In this document: one piece after another, positions 11,570-23,198 of the stretch | Layout of the letters: every line of letters starts with the position of its first letter | Position numbering within the stretch: the first letter of the stretch is position 1 | Origin: Octopus vulgaris | Taxonomy: Eukaryota | Direction of reading: 5' to 3' | Assembly: GCA_951406725.2 (NCBI GenBank) | Contig: OX597816.1 | Coordinates: forward strand, 19,220,001-19,284,000 | DNA: 64,000 nucleotides | The notes under the pieces: model-generated | Told to the model about the DNA's origin: nothing | Database searches by the model: none | What the model saw: the letters and a program-made list of their open reading frames with translations, nothing else | Position numbers and translations under genes: made by a program

Positions 11570-11790
11570 ATTCTTTTATTCTTTTAATTGTTTCAGTCAT
11601 TTTGATTGTGGCCATGCTGGAGCACCGCGTTTTAGTCGAAGAAATCGACGCCTGGACATATTCTATCGCTCTGTTATGCCGAAGTGCTAGGTTACAGGGA
11701 CTTAATCACGCCACCATCTGTTGTCATTCGATTGTGGGGGACAGACACGGACACAAACATACAAATATATACATACATGCATATATATAT
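11570..11790 (-). mobile_element. Partial, diverged SINE family A (3' half)
   Basis: tgtttcagtcattttgattgtggccatgctggagcaccgc...gttgtcattcgattgtggggg matches the family A tail and middle in reverse. Confidence 0.8.
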
Positions 11791-12592
11791 GTTCCATGTC
11801 ACCCCCTATTCCTCCCCCTCATCGAACCTACCCTCGCCCGCACTTCCCGCCTCCTCATCCGTGCCACCATCCGTTCCACCCACTCCTTCCTTCACTCTCT
11901 TGACCACCAACTTCACAATTTCCTCACACACAAAAAAAAACAAAAAACACCACCATCTCCACAACCATTCACCTCCTTCCCCTCCCACACCCCATACACC
12001 CTCTCCTCCAGCTCCCCCGGCTCCCTGCATTCCCGCGTCCACCACGCCCTTCCCCCATGCACCCTCCACATACCCACACACAGGCAACCCTGACTTTTCC
12101 ACCCCAACTCCATTTTGACCCAACCATTTCAACCCTCCTCCCCACACGTCTGCATCCACTCTCCCTGACCCCACTCACCCTACCACTCTGCTGCCACACA
12201 CTGTTGTCAATATACCACCCAACCTCCCCCCTCTCCGCTGCCAAGCGCTCTCTCCTCAGTAGGGGACTCCGCTTCACGCCTCTCACGCTCCACTTCGACG
12301 AATTTGAAACCTGCAGCGACGCCAGACAGTTCCTGCGCCGCATCATTCTATGCGCGTTTTTTCCACACGTCCACACAACATTCAAAATTTGACCGCGTGT
12401 GTACCGTTGGCGATGATTTTTCCTCCGTCTTCCCTTCTTTGGATCTTTCCTTTTCCTATGTTTCTGACGAAGTGCTCCGATCGAAACGTTAAATCCTCCT
12501 TCTTTCTTTCCTTTCCTGATCGTCCAATAACACTACACTTGTTCTACGTCCTCGCGTTGTTGTGTTTTCTCATTGTATTTTCATGTTTGGAT

Positions 12593-12597
<5 letters not shown>
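11791..12597 (+). mobile_element. Internally deleted Penelope-like element: C-rich 5' region and N-terminal domain fused to the 3' pseudo-LTR
   Basis: 12195-12365 translates (one frameshift) to HTVVNIPP..PLSAAKRSLLSRGLRFTPLTLHFDEFETCSDARQFLRRIILCAFF, matching the PLE N-terminal pattern VVN..LS...SLLS(K/R)GL.F.P...D.F...F.RR..L..FF. It is followed directly by a hammerhead-containing tail ending tttggattaac(TA)n. Confidence 0.75.
12460..12494 (+). ncRNA. Minimal type I hammerhead ribozyme (PLE type), stem II partly decayed
   Basis: gttt-CTGACGA-A-GTGC(tcc)GATC-GAAA-CG-TT-aaat; canonical CUGANGA and GAAA boxes. Confidence 0.7.
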
Positions 12598-12644
<47 letters not shown>

Positions 12645-12647
12645 CAT

Positions 12648-12692
<45 letters not shown>

Positions 12693-12748
12693 TATATATA
12701 TATACATGCATACATACAAGATATATATATATATATACATGCATACAT

Positions 12749-12810
<62 letters not shown>
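12597..12810. repeat. Interrupted (TA)n microsatellite
   Basis: Direct reading. Confidence 0.95.
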
Positions 12811-12813
<3 letters not shown>

Positions 12814-13089
12814 GAAAAAAGTGTAAGGTTGGAGATTTATTTTCTATTACTACATTTGTTTCCAAGCCAAGCAACGTAGTTCTCCAGGCGTTCAAGTACT
12901 TGATTATGCAACCGTATCCCTGTATTATGAGATTCAAAAATTTTTCAATTATCTATTCTCACACTACAAATGGCCAGAGGCAACCGTAGATATACCTATA
13001 ATACTACTATGACATAGCAGATGCCCAATTCTGGAGGTCGACAAGCTTTATTCTGTATTGTACTACGTTCTTCACAGAATATACTATAA

Positions 13090-13163
<74 letters not shown>

Positions 13164-13184
13164 TTGTGCGTGTGTTTGTGTTTG

Positions 13185-13229
13185 AATAATTTCTCTTTTT
13201 TTCTGTGTTTTCTTGTTTGGATTAACTTT
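13185..13229 (+). mobile_element. Tiny 3'-terminal fragment of the same PLE tail
   Basis: tgtgttttcttgtttggattaactt(TA)n matches 12570-12598 tgtattttcatgtttggattaact(TA)n. Confidence 0.6.
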
Positions 13230-14679
13230 ATATATATATATATTACTTCAAAGCTAAATGATTATATTAACTTGTGCAATCCATAATTTGACTAAATATT
13301 TTAATGAAACCTGGTATTCATGTTTAGATCTTCCAATCCAACTATATTTGAAATATATTTCATGACTTACATTAACCATATGATAAATTCTTTGGGATAC
13401 AAATGCTTATGGTATCTGAGATTGCTTCCTTTACATAATAATATAAACAAACAATTTGGAAATGTATATTATATTTCAATGATTTAATGTTCATTCATGT
13501 TGTTCCTAAGAAATATAAGACAACTGAAAATATATGTAAGGGGCTCCACTTCACACATAATATTGAGTTTTGGATGATACTCAATGTCCGTTTACCTTAT
13601 ATTTCAATTTGCTTACAACAAATTATTTATAAATATAATGCAAAGGTGTTAAATTGTGTTAAGGTCTGTTATATAAGGAAATATTTCCATGGGAAAATTT
13701 AACTTCTAAAATTATCAATTCGTTTGTAATACACCAACTCATAAGATAATACAATAATATAGCTTTCAGTAAAGAAGATATGCTGAAGATATATGGACTG
13801 GTTCCATAGAGTTAAGTCAAAGGTAATGTATAAAGAACAAAGATAAAGCTTAAGCAGTTCTTAGAATAATTGAAAGTTCTCAGGTATTATTATTTATATA
13901 GAAGAACAGAGGGAAACCATTGATAATCGAAATGTGGGAATATGATGGGGTCATCTGGAAATATGAATATGTAGTCGAATATATTCTGATAATGTGAAAG
14001 TAGAGAGGAATTCGAAATATTAAAGAAGAATCTGGATTCCAAGGTGAAAGCATGATGATAAATTATCCGGAGCTCTTTTAGTGAGATTATATACACGTAT
14101 GAGTAAATATGTAATAAATCTCGGGTTTGTAATTTAGTACTTTATTTTTTTCTATCGTAATTAATATCTATTATTAAAGACTAGGAGGGCAAATGGCGCA
14201 GAAATACAACACAATTTTTGTAGGGAACAGTTTTGTTACTATTGCCTAAGAAAATATTTCGTGGCTTCCATCAGGTTTATGATGCGTATCACTATATAAT
14301 CGAGTAAAATATTCTGAGAAACATATAATTGGAGGCGTAGAGATAGGGGAAATTATATGAATATAAAATGCACAACTGGTTATAAATTCGTTTAGTGATA
14401 GAAAATCACATACTTTCTGTATCAGTTAAATATCATTGTGCAGAACAGTAAAAGGGCTGTAATATTTAGAAAATGATTTCATGCTTTTCGAAATAACAAT
14501 AAACGTGCCAGAAAACAGAACTTAGGAAAATGTTTTGTTGTTTTAAATGGATGCTCGCTTAGCCATTTTTAATCTTAGCATATTTATTACACGGTAAGTT
14601 CAGTATTTCGCTGCCTTTTGTGAAAATATCTGTTTGCAGACTTACGCTTATCTTTCGAATTAAACGCCTTCGTCTAACC

Positions 14680-15091
14680 TTTGCTGTATTGCAGTGATGC
14701 CGCTTTTGCTGCCGAAGAATCTGAAAAGATTACAGGCTCAAATATGCATTTTCAGTTACATTTAAGGAGGTTTACGCTAATAATTTCCTTTAAGTATCGC
14801 TTAGAAACACGTGCGTAATAACAGATGTAAATTGATCCGCATTAAAAAGAACAACTAAGATTAGATATTTAGGAAATTATTGTCAGCTCTTACAGAGAAT
14901 CCGACTATCCCGAAAATCATTTTCGTCGATTTTATTTATATTTCATTAAGAATTGCATTTGAATATTTCAAATGTAATATGATTTAAAAACAAAGGATTC
15001 CAGAAGCTCTGTGTGAATGGATTCGACTACGGATACATACTACTAGTTTGAAATGTAATATATATGTGTGTGTGTGTGCGTATGTGTGTGT

Positions 15092-15163
<72 letters not shown>

Positions 15164-16479
15164 TAAATTAAATGAAATTTTTATTGCTATATTTTAAAAG
15201 AATTACCCATGGAAACTCGTTTCAACAAAGTATATTTTATTTTTTCTAATACAACATGTCATTACTTACATTTTTAGTCCACTGAGGCATAATTACATAT
15301 CAGTTTCCATGGCATTCGCGGAGTCACCTATATGACCAACATGATTTGAGAAAGGTTTGAGGATTGGTGTTGCTGTGGGAAGCGAGAAGGAACCGTCGAT
15401 GTATTATGGTATTTGGAGTTGGACGCAACAAGGCTCGTGAGACTAAGAAATATGTCTTTCATGGAAAGAGCACAGGAAATCAGGAAAAGAAATTCCTTTG
15501 AGCCACGAAACAGAACATAATATAATCGTCAACAGTCAAAATACAAACGCTGAAGGAAATGTAGATGACGGCCATACGGAATGCGTACCTCGGTTATTCT
15601 CAGATCTTTGTCCGCCTATCTGCTTCTTGGTCCGACCACAGATGATTTCTTCAGAAACAGGAAATACCAGAGATAGAATGAATGTGTGTGTTTGTGATCT
15701 CAGCACAAGGCTACTATTTTGTTTATCGACTACGATACATACCTTGGCCTAAGTGGAACCCTGAGCATAGAGATCCGAAGTAATTCAAGTAAAACATACC
15801 CTCTAATGGTTAAATGATCCTACATACTACCTTTCAATTTCTTACTTATATTACTAGAAGTAAAATAAAATATATAAGTGAATTCATTTCTACTTTTGCT
15901 GTATTGCACTCAGTATGATGTCGCTTTTCCAGCCGAAGAAGCTGAAAAACTTACATGCTTAAACATGCATTTTCAGTTACATTTAAGGAGGTTTACGCTA
16001 ATAATTACCTTTAAATATCGCTTAGAAACAAGTGCGTAATAACAGATGTAAATTGATCAGCATTAAAAAGAAAAGAAAATTTTAATATTTAAGAAAATAT
16101 TTAGGAAATTATTGTCAGTCCTTACAGAGAATCAGACTATCCTTTAAATTGTAAAAAAAAATTGTAGCTACATGAAAAAATGTTTCATCCATTATATTTT
16201 TAGATCTGTGCCAGCCTAGAAGGTTTCTTCCAGAAACAGGAAATTCCAGAGATAGAGATAGTATATGTGCGTGTTTATGATCTCAGCACAAGGCTACTAT
16301 GTTTTTTATCGACTACGAGACATACCCTGGCCTAAGTAGAACCCTGAGCATAGAGATCCGAAGTTATTCAAGTAAAACATTCCTTCTAACGGTTAAATGG
16401 CCCTGCATACTACCTTTCAATTTCATACTTATATTACTAGAAGTAAAATAAAAAAATATAAGTGAATTCATTTCTACTT
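14680..16479. repeat. Old imperfect tandem duplication (14680-15895 versus 15896-16479)
   Basis: Block A 14680-14911 matches 15896-16142 and block B 15646-15895 matches 16224-16479. The middle segments differ (~730 vs ~80 bp). Confidence 0.9.
15065..15160. repeat. (GT)n microsatellite
   Basis: Direct reading. Confidence 0.97.
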
Positions 16480-17211
16480 GAATGTAGTGTGAATGTGTAT
16501 GCATAATTTATCTGTATCTTGAAGTTCCATGATCTAGTAATATCGCAAAAAAAAAGGACAAAACAAAACAAAAAAAAAAAAGAAATTCCATGTCGCAACA
16601 CGCAAATCTATTTCAATCTTTAGTTGCCGTCATTGGATTTAAGATTTACGACTAATACATTTTGGAAAATATCGAATGTGAAAGCCTCGTTTTCAACTTA
16701 AATATCTTGAAACTGAGAAATAAATCGCAATGACATTGGAATACTTCATATATCGCCTTTATATTGGTAATAAAAAATTATTTCTATTATAACTATATTC
16801 GATTTTTTCTTAAACATGGTATATTATACCATTCATAATATTCAGTAAACATTTAAATAACAATACTCTAAAATGCGGTCAATATGAATTATTCAGTACG
16901 TAGAATAATGAATGCAGCCATATATTTGATGCGTTGGATTAAGCTATATTGTTATGTGCAAATGCTTACAGATTAGCTCAGCACTTGCCACACGGAATAA
17001 GAAAGCATAATTACAAAACGTCCTGAAATTTAGCAAAAAACCAAAAACGAAAATCTTAGAAAAAGAAAAACATCAGTGCAAAAATCCTTAAGGAATTTAC
17101 ATGATAGGAAACATCGATTCTATGAAAATATGAACCTGCTTACATTTTTTAGTTTAAATGTCACTTGTGTGTATATGCATATATCTCTCTCCCCCCTCTC
17201 TCTCTCTCTCT

Positions 17212-17377
<166 letters not shown>

Positions 17378-17389
17378 TGTGTTAAAATC

Positions 17390-18220
17390 AGTGGTGAAAA
17401 GTATTTCTAAGAGAAGTACAAAATTGTCAGCAAATAAGGACATTTTTAATACCCATTCCCACCTCTACAAATTCGCTTTAATTAATTTTTCTTACTATTT
17501 CCTATAATTTCCTTCTATTTTGTTTTCTTATTTGATACCTTTACCTATTAACCTCTTATCCCCTATAAGTTGTTAATATTCTTAAATGTTGTTATGAACT
17601 TTCTAGTCTCTGAGAATTGATTATAACATGCCGATAATAAAGTACAAATATTTTTTGCATATTTTCGAGTGAGCACACCGTTGAATATGTGTATGTATCA
17701 GTGCACAACATTTTGTTCTGATCCTTAGCTTATAATTAATATATAGATAGCACGATTTACCGCCCCAGTATTCTGTAAGTAAATACCCAGAGCAGTCTTT
17801 ATAGAATCCACCTAATAAATAAATAGTTAAGTACATGAATGAATATTAATCTAATTCTATGTAATTCTCCATTTCTAATGTTAGAAATTGGTATATATAC
17901 ACATTTTATCTATTCTGGTTATAATATCATTTTTGATAATCTTAAATTTTATCTTTATACAGCATAGCAATATTGTTTATATACAATCAGCCATAGTACC
18001 CCATAATAATTTCCTCTGTAGGTTTTATTAGCGCCTTGCTCCTTTAACTGGTAATTAACATCTTGATTTAGAGTATTCCTCTACCCAGCCTCCCATATAG
18101 ACAGTCACTTTATACTAAACCTAAAGTCCTGACAATATATGACCATGTGCTGTCAACTCACTCCTGCCCTCCAATTCTAAACAGACACAGTTCTCCAGTC
18201 TTAGATTTGGCTGTTGTCTA
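17390..18220 (-). pseudogene. Highly decayed LINE remnant
   Basis: The minus strand near 17460-17410 reads roughly [13 protein letters not shown], resembling the RT catalytic motif (F/Y)ADD. The rest is A-rich and not alignable by eye. Confidence 0.3.
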
Positions 18221-18239
18221 TAAGATTAATGAATCAAAA

Positions 18240-18860
18240 ATTAATGTTCGAAACCTAGGTACAAGTGGTAAGTTTTGAAAATGCTTTCATTTTTCATCCA
18301 CTTCGAACTTACTCTTAACTATGGTTTGGGCTTTGACTGCTCTTTTTGGCACGTAAGTTGTCCTGTTAGAGTCACCTCTTTTGTGTGTAAATATACACTA
18401 ATTTTATATGAATAATATGTTGTCTATTGACAATTTTATACATGGTGGCCACGGGTAGAAATATTTCTCTATTTTTTCTACCATATATATTTTCTTAATA
18501 TGATTATATTAATTTTGAAGAATGTCGGCACATATCTTTATTTGTTGACGACTGTAGCTGCACTTGCGCGATGGATTTGGAAGATTATAATCTATAAAGA
18601 TGAGACATAAGCCGTATATTTGTCTCATAATTATACGTTGATTGTGGAGCGCCCTTGCTGCTGAAGAATACAGATAGTAAATTATTATATTTGTTCATTA
18701 ATGTTCGAAATCTAGGTACAAGTGGTAACTATTGCAACTGCTTTTTTTTTTTATTTTCCATCCCTTTCGAAATTACACTTAACCGTGTTTGCTCCTTTTA
18801 GAATGTAATTATCATGTTAGGGTTACCTCCTTTGTGTATAAATGTGCACTAATTTTACAA
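18240..18860. repeat. Diverged ~170-bp direct repeat pair
   Basis: ttaatgttcgaaa(c/t)ctaggtacaagtggtaa...cactaatttta at ~18240-18408 and ~18697-18858. Confidence 0.85.
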
Positions 18861-18866
18861 AGATAA

Positions 18867-18921
<55 letters not shown>

Positions 18922-19469
18922 CTAATGCATAATTTCTTTTATATAAAGCCAAGTCGATCCATATTTTAGGGTGTAAGCTGGTTGACAGTTACTTTACGGT
19001 TGTGTGAGAGGTAAAAGGTACAAATAAATCAAAAGTTATTCATTTGTCACGCGTAGTCCCAAGATGATAATATATGAGAATTATATATACCCTGTGCATG
19101 ATGTTTAACATCCTCGGCCTCCATGTCGTTACATTAGCAGTGAGTATCTCAGTTGTTGTAAAATACTGAAAATACTGCCTCGAAACAGTTCATTCTTGAC
19201 AGCTGGTATGTAATACACAGAGTGCTAATATACAGCACATGCAACAAAATTGTAACAAATATGCTTCTTGGACTATAGGAGTGTACAGTCATATAAATAT
19301 GTGCGTGCGCTCGCATTTGTGTGTATTTTATGGAGGACTTTCGGCAATGGAAGAGTCAAATCCTTAGATAATATGTATTTTAAGCTTTTTCAATATGTCT
19401 CACGCAACCCAAAGATGTAACACAGCATGGTTTCATATCGCGATACCTACGCACGCGCATACACACACG

Positions 19470-19539
<70 letters not shown>

Positions 19540-19547
19540 TATATGTA

Positions 19548-19668
19548 CTAGGCTGAGGAAGAAGTTCGTGCGCCGTGGTAAGGACTATTTTAACACACCA
19601 TTCTTTAAAAAATAATACCGTGTTAAGATAATGCTTAACGCGACGCACGAACTTTTCCATCAACCTAG
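19548..19668. mobile_element. 121-bp mariner-type fold-back MITE
   Basis: TA flanks on both sides. The left arm ctaggctgaggaagaagttcgtgcg pairs with the right arm cgcacgaacttttccatcaacctag, and pairing continues almost to the centre. The TIR resembles the mariner TIR at 27102. Confidence 0.85.
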
Positions 19669-19699
19669 TATGTATATATATATATATATATATATTTGT

Positions 19700-20856
19700 T
19701 TATATATTTGTTGTGCAAGATTTTTTTATGTGAAATCGTGTGTTGAAACAGATATTGTTAGATTTCGGAATGGTCATTTTGCCAGTTTAGCCAATAAAAC
19801 ACACACGCACTATATATTTGGTGTTACTTTGCTTCAGTGTTATTTATTTTTTACATTAATCTTGATCTTATTTCGGCCAGAGTTATTTCGTCACACTCCT
19901 GTGACCGCATCAGTGGTCCTTTGTTTTCCTCCTTATTATTTGTGTCTCTCCTTACTAACCGTCAGCCATTTTGTATTTCTATTGTATGTCTTCATTTGCG
20001 CATGCTTATATCTCTATGCGCATATATGTTTATTTAGTATGTGTGGGGGGATGCCTGTAATATTTGTATCTTCTGTTTATATACGTTCATGTAATTTGTT
20101 TTTGTTGTTGTTCTTTTTGTTTATTCTTATTTTGTTCATGTGTTTACATCCACTTATTATTATCATTACATATGCTTGTATGTATGTATGTATGTATGTA
20201 TAACAACAATACTAGTAATAATAATAATAAATAAATAAAAAATATAATATATTTATTTATTTCTATTTGTTTATTTATCTGTGTATTTATTATGTTTTCG
20301 GGATCCTCTACCGTCATATGTTGTAGTGTGTGCTAGTGTTCCATTCTAGTTTTCTATTCAGGCTTAGTTTATTTTCTATTATGTCTGTAGCTTCTGTAAT
20401 TTGGCTGATTGTTGCATCTGTTCTATGTGTGGACATTATTTTAATTTCTATGTTGTTGATTGATACCCCGTGTTCCTGTTCGGCGTGTTGGTACAGAATC
20501 GATGAGCTTTTACCTTCCTTGAGTTGTCCCCAATATTCATTTATCCGCTCTCCTATGCTTCTTGCCGTTTCCCCTAGGTATGTCGTTGTCTTGTTACAGC
20601 ATCGTTCCTCTATACATCTTATACTATAGACTACATTTCTGGCTTTAGAGTTCGTTTGTGGGCTAAATCTACATACAGTACTTATCCGTTCAGGGGGTTC
20701 TACTAAAAGGATAGGTTCTACCAATTATAGATTTGATAGGGTGGCCTGACTTTTCAACAACCTTAATCCTTAGCTTAAGTTTGTCTAGGGTCCGTCTAAA
20801 GCGGTACGCCAGTTCACCTCCAGGGGTGGTGTCAATGAACATGACACTCTGGTATA
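19700..20856 (-). mobile_element. 5'-truncated Penelope-like element: linker, GIY-YIG endonuclease and 3' tail with hammerhead
   Basis: YQSVMFIDTTPGGELAYRFRR...IKVVEKSG..IKSII.RTYPF (20856-20690), then after a frameshift NVVYSIRC...TYLGETARSIGERINEY...ILYQH...H...E...I...LN (GIY-YIG, to 20314). The tail ends at (TA)n. Confidence 0.88.
19875..19919 (-). ncRNA. Hammerhead-like ribozyme in the PLE 3' tail, variant core CUGAUGC
   Basis: Minus strand ggacca-CTGATGC-G-GTCACA(ggag)TGTGAC-GAAA-taac-TC-tggcc: perfect 6-bp stem II and stem I cca/tgg; A9 reads C and helix III is weak. Confidence 0.65.
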
Positions 20857-20861
20857 TAAGG

Positions 20862-21060
20862 TAAATAGTAATAATGTATTTTGAATGGCACAACAATACA
20901 TTGTAATAACAACAATGGACTACAATAACTGGTGTCATTCAATCATCCACAGACTGATATACCAGGCGATGGATGGCTAAATTACACCAGTTATAATAGT
21001 TCATTGTTGTTATTATAATGTATTGTTGTGCCACCATTCAAAACACATTATTAGTATTTA
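20862..21060. mobile_element. ~200-bp fold-back (hairpin) element/MITE
   Basis: Arms of ~88 bp (taaatagtaataatgtattttgaatggcacaacaatac...catcca and its imperfect reverse complement) around a ~20-nt spacer. Confidence 0.85.
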
Positions 21061-21102
21061 TTATTATTGCTCACAAATAATACACCATGCTTCAAGCGAA
21101 CT

Positions 21103-21148
<46 letters not shown>

Positions 21149-21149
21149 A

Positions 21150-21295
21150 TTCGAGACCAAACCACTATTTTGCAAAACAAACAAGGAAAGACTTAATCAA
21201 TACATAAACATTTTTAATATAAAGAAATAAACCGCCACTACAATCGTTTCATGTCTTCAATGACATTCGTCAGGTGGATTTTCGATCTCCTAATC

Positions 21296-21300
<5 letters not shown>
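21150..21300 (-). mobile_element. ~150-bp non-coding PLE-tail/retrozyme-like module within (TA)n
   Basis: Unique 150-bp segment bounded by (TA)n on both sides, carrying a complete hammerhead and a T-rich 3' part on the minus strand. Confidence 0.7.
21235..21277 (-). ncRNA. Canonical minimal type I hammerhead ribozyme
   Basis: Minus strand CCAC-CTGACGA-ATGTC(attgaa)GACAT-GAAA-C(gatt)G-TA-GTGG: all core nucleotides present, 4-bp stem I, 5-bp stem II, GUA cleavage triplet. Confidence 0.88.
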
Positions 21301-21364
<64 letters not shown>

Positions 21365-21862
21365 TGAGAAATTTGAAAAGCTGAACGCGAAACCGGTCAT
21401 TTCTTCTAAACTATGTCATTGTAATAAAAAAAATTATAACATTCTTCAGATATATTGACTCAAATATATATTTTTTAACATTTTAAAACAAGCCTTCTAT
21501 AGTTTTTTCACTTTTTACTATTTTCTATATATATTATTTATTTTATATTCTAAAGGCATATTTTCTCTTGTGGTTCATCCAAACACAAAACGGATATCTC
21601 ACAATCATTACACCGAGTGTATGACAACAAAATCATAGTGACGAATGAAAATTTACATTCAGCTCGGAGCATGTCGCGGCATATAGTGCAGGGAACAATG
21701 TGTTTGCGAATAGATACATGATACAAGCCAAACGTTTACTGATGAAACCCATAGATTTAAATAATCTAAATGTAATTGACAGTCTACTCACAACTTTTGA
21801 TCTCGACAATATGTCTCAGGATCGAGAGAAAGACAGAGACAGAATGTAAGAGAATGTTTGAA

Positions 21863-23198
21863 GGCAACGAGCTTGCAGAAACGTTAGCACGCCGGGCGAA
21901 GTGCGTAGCCGTATTTCGTCTGCCGTTACATTCTGAGTTCAAATTCCGCCGAGGTCGACTTTCCCTTTCATCCTTTCGGGGTCGATAAATTAAGGACTAG
22001 TTGTGCACTGGGGTCGATGTAATCGACTTGATCCGTTTGTCTGTCCTTGTTTGTCCTCTCTGTGTTTAGCCCCTTGTGGGTAGTAAAGAAATAGGTATTT
22101 CGTCTGTCACTACATTCTGAGTTCAAATTCCGCCGAGGTCGACTTTCCCTTTCATCCTTTCGGGGTCGATAAATTAAGGACCAGTTATGCACTGGGGTCG
22201 ATGTAATCGACTTGATCTGATTGTCTGTCCTTGTTTCTCCTCTCTGTGTTTAGCCCCTTGTGGGTAGTAAAGAAATAGGTATTTCGTCTGTCGCTACATT
22301 CTGAGTTCAAATTCCGCCGAGGTCCACTTTCCCTTTCATCCTTTCGGGGTCGATAAATTAAGGACCAGTTATGCACTGGGGTCGATGTAATCGACTTGAT
22401 CCGTTTGTCTGTCCTTGTTTGTCCTCTCTGTGTTTAGCCCCTTGTGGGTAGCAAAGAAATAGGTATTTCGTCTGTCGCTACATTCTGAGTTCAAATTCCG
22501 CCGAGGTCGACTTTCCCTTTCATCCTTTCGGGGTCGATAAATTAAGGACCAGTTATGCACTGGGGTCGATGTATTCGACTTGATCCCTTTCTCTCTCTTT
22601 GTTTGTCCCCTCTATGTTTAGCCCCTTGTGGGTAGTAAAGAAATAGGTATTTCGTCTGTCGCTACGTTCTGAGTTCAAATTCCGCAGAGGTTGACTTTCC
22701 CTTTCATCCTTTCGGGGTCGATAAATTAAGGACCAGTTATGCACTGGGGTCGATGTAATCGACTTGATCTGTTTGTCTGTCCTTGTTTGTCCTCTCTGTG
22801 TTTAGCCCCTTGTGGGTAGTAAAGAAATAGGTATTTCGTCTGTCGCTACATTCTGAGTTCAAAATCCCGCCGAGGTCCACTTTCCCTTTCATCCTTTCTG
22901 GGTCGATAAATTAAGGACCAGTTATGCACTGGGGTCGATGTAATCGACTTGATCCGTTTGTCTGTCCTTGTTTGTCCTCTCTGTGTTTAGCCCCTTGTGG
23001 GTAGCAAAGAAATAGGTATTTCGTCTGTCGCTACATTCTGAGTTCAAATTCCGCCGAGGTCGACTTTCCCTTTCATCCTTTCGGGGTCGATAAATTAAGG
23101 ACCAGTTATGCACTGGGGTCGATGTATTCGACTTGATCCCTTTCTCTCTCTTTGTTTGTCCCCTCTATGTTTAGCCCCTTGCGAGCAATAAAGAAATA
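21863..23198 (+). mobile_element. SINE family B: one tRNA-like head followed by seven tandem 184-bp head-less units
   Basis: Units start (gtatttcgtctg) at 21911, 22095, 22279, 22463, 22647, 22831 and 23016. An imperfect 21-bp TSD lies at 21841-21861 and 23199-23219. Confidence 0.95.

Noticed and set aside
13720-14100. Purine-rich stretch resembling a decayed retroelement
   Set aside because: Too degenerate to assign.
21911-23198. CRISPR-like or tandem gene array (repeated 63-aa ORFs)
   Set aside because: There are no unique spacers. The units are whole SINE bodies, and the ORFs are antisense readings also seen at other SINE copies.
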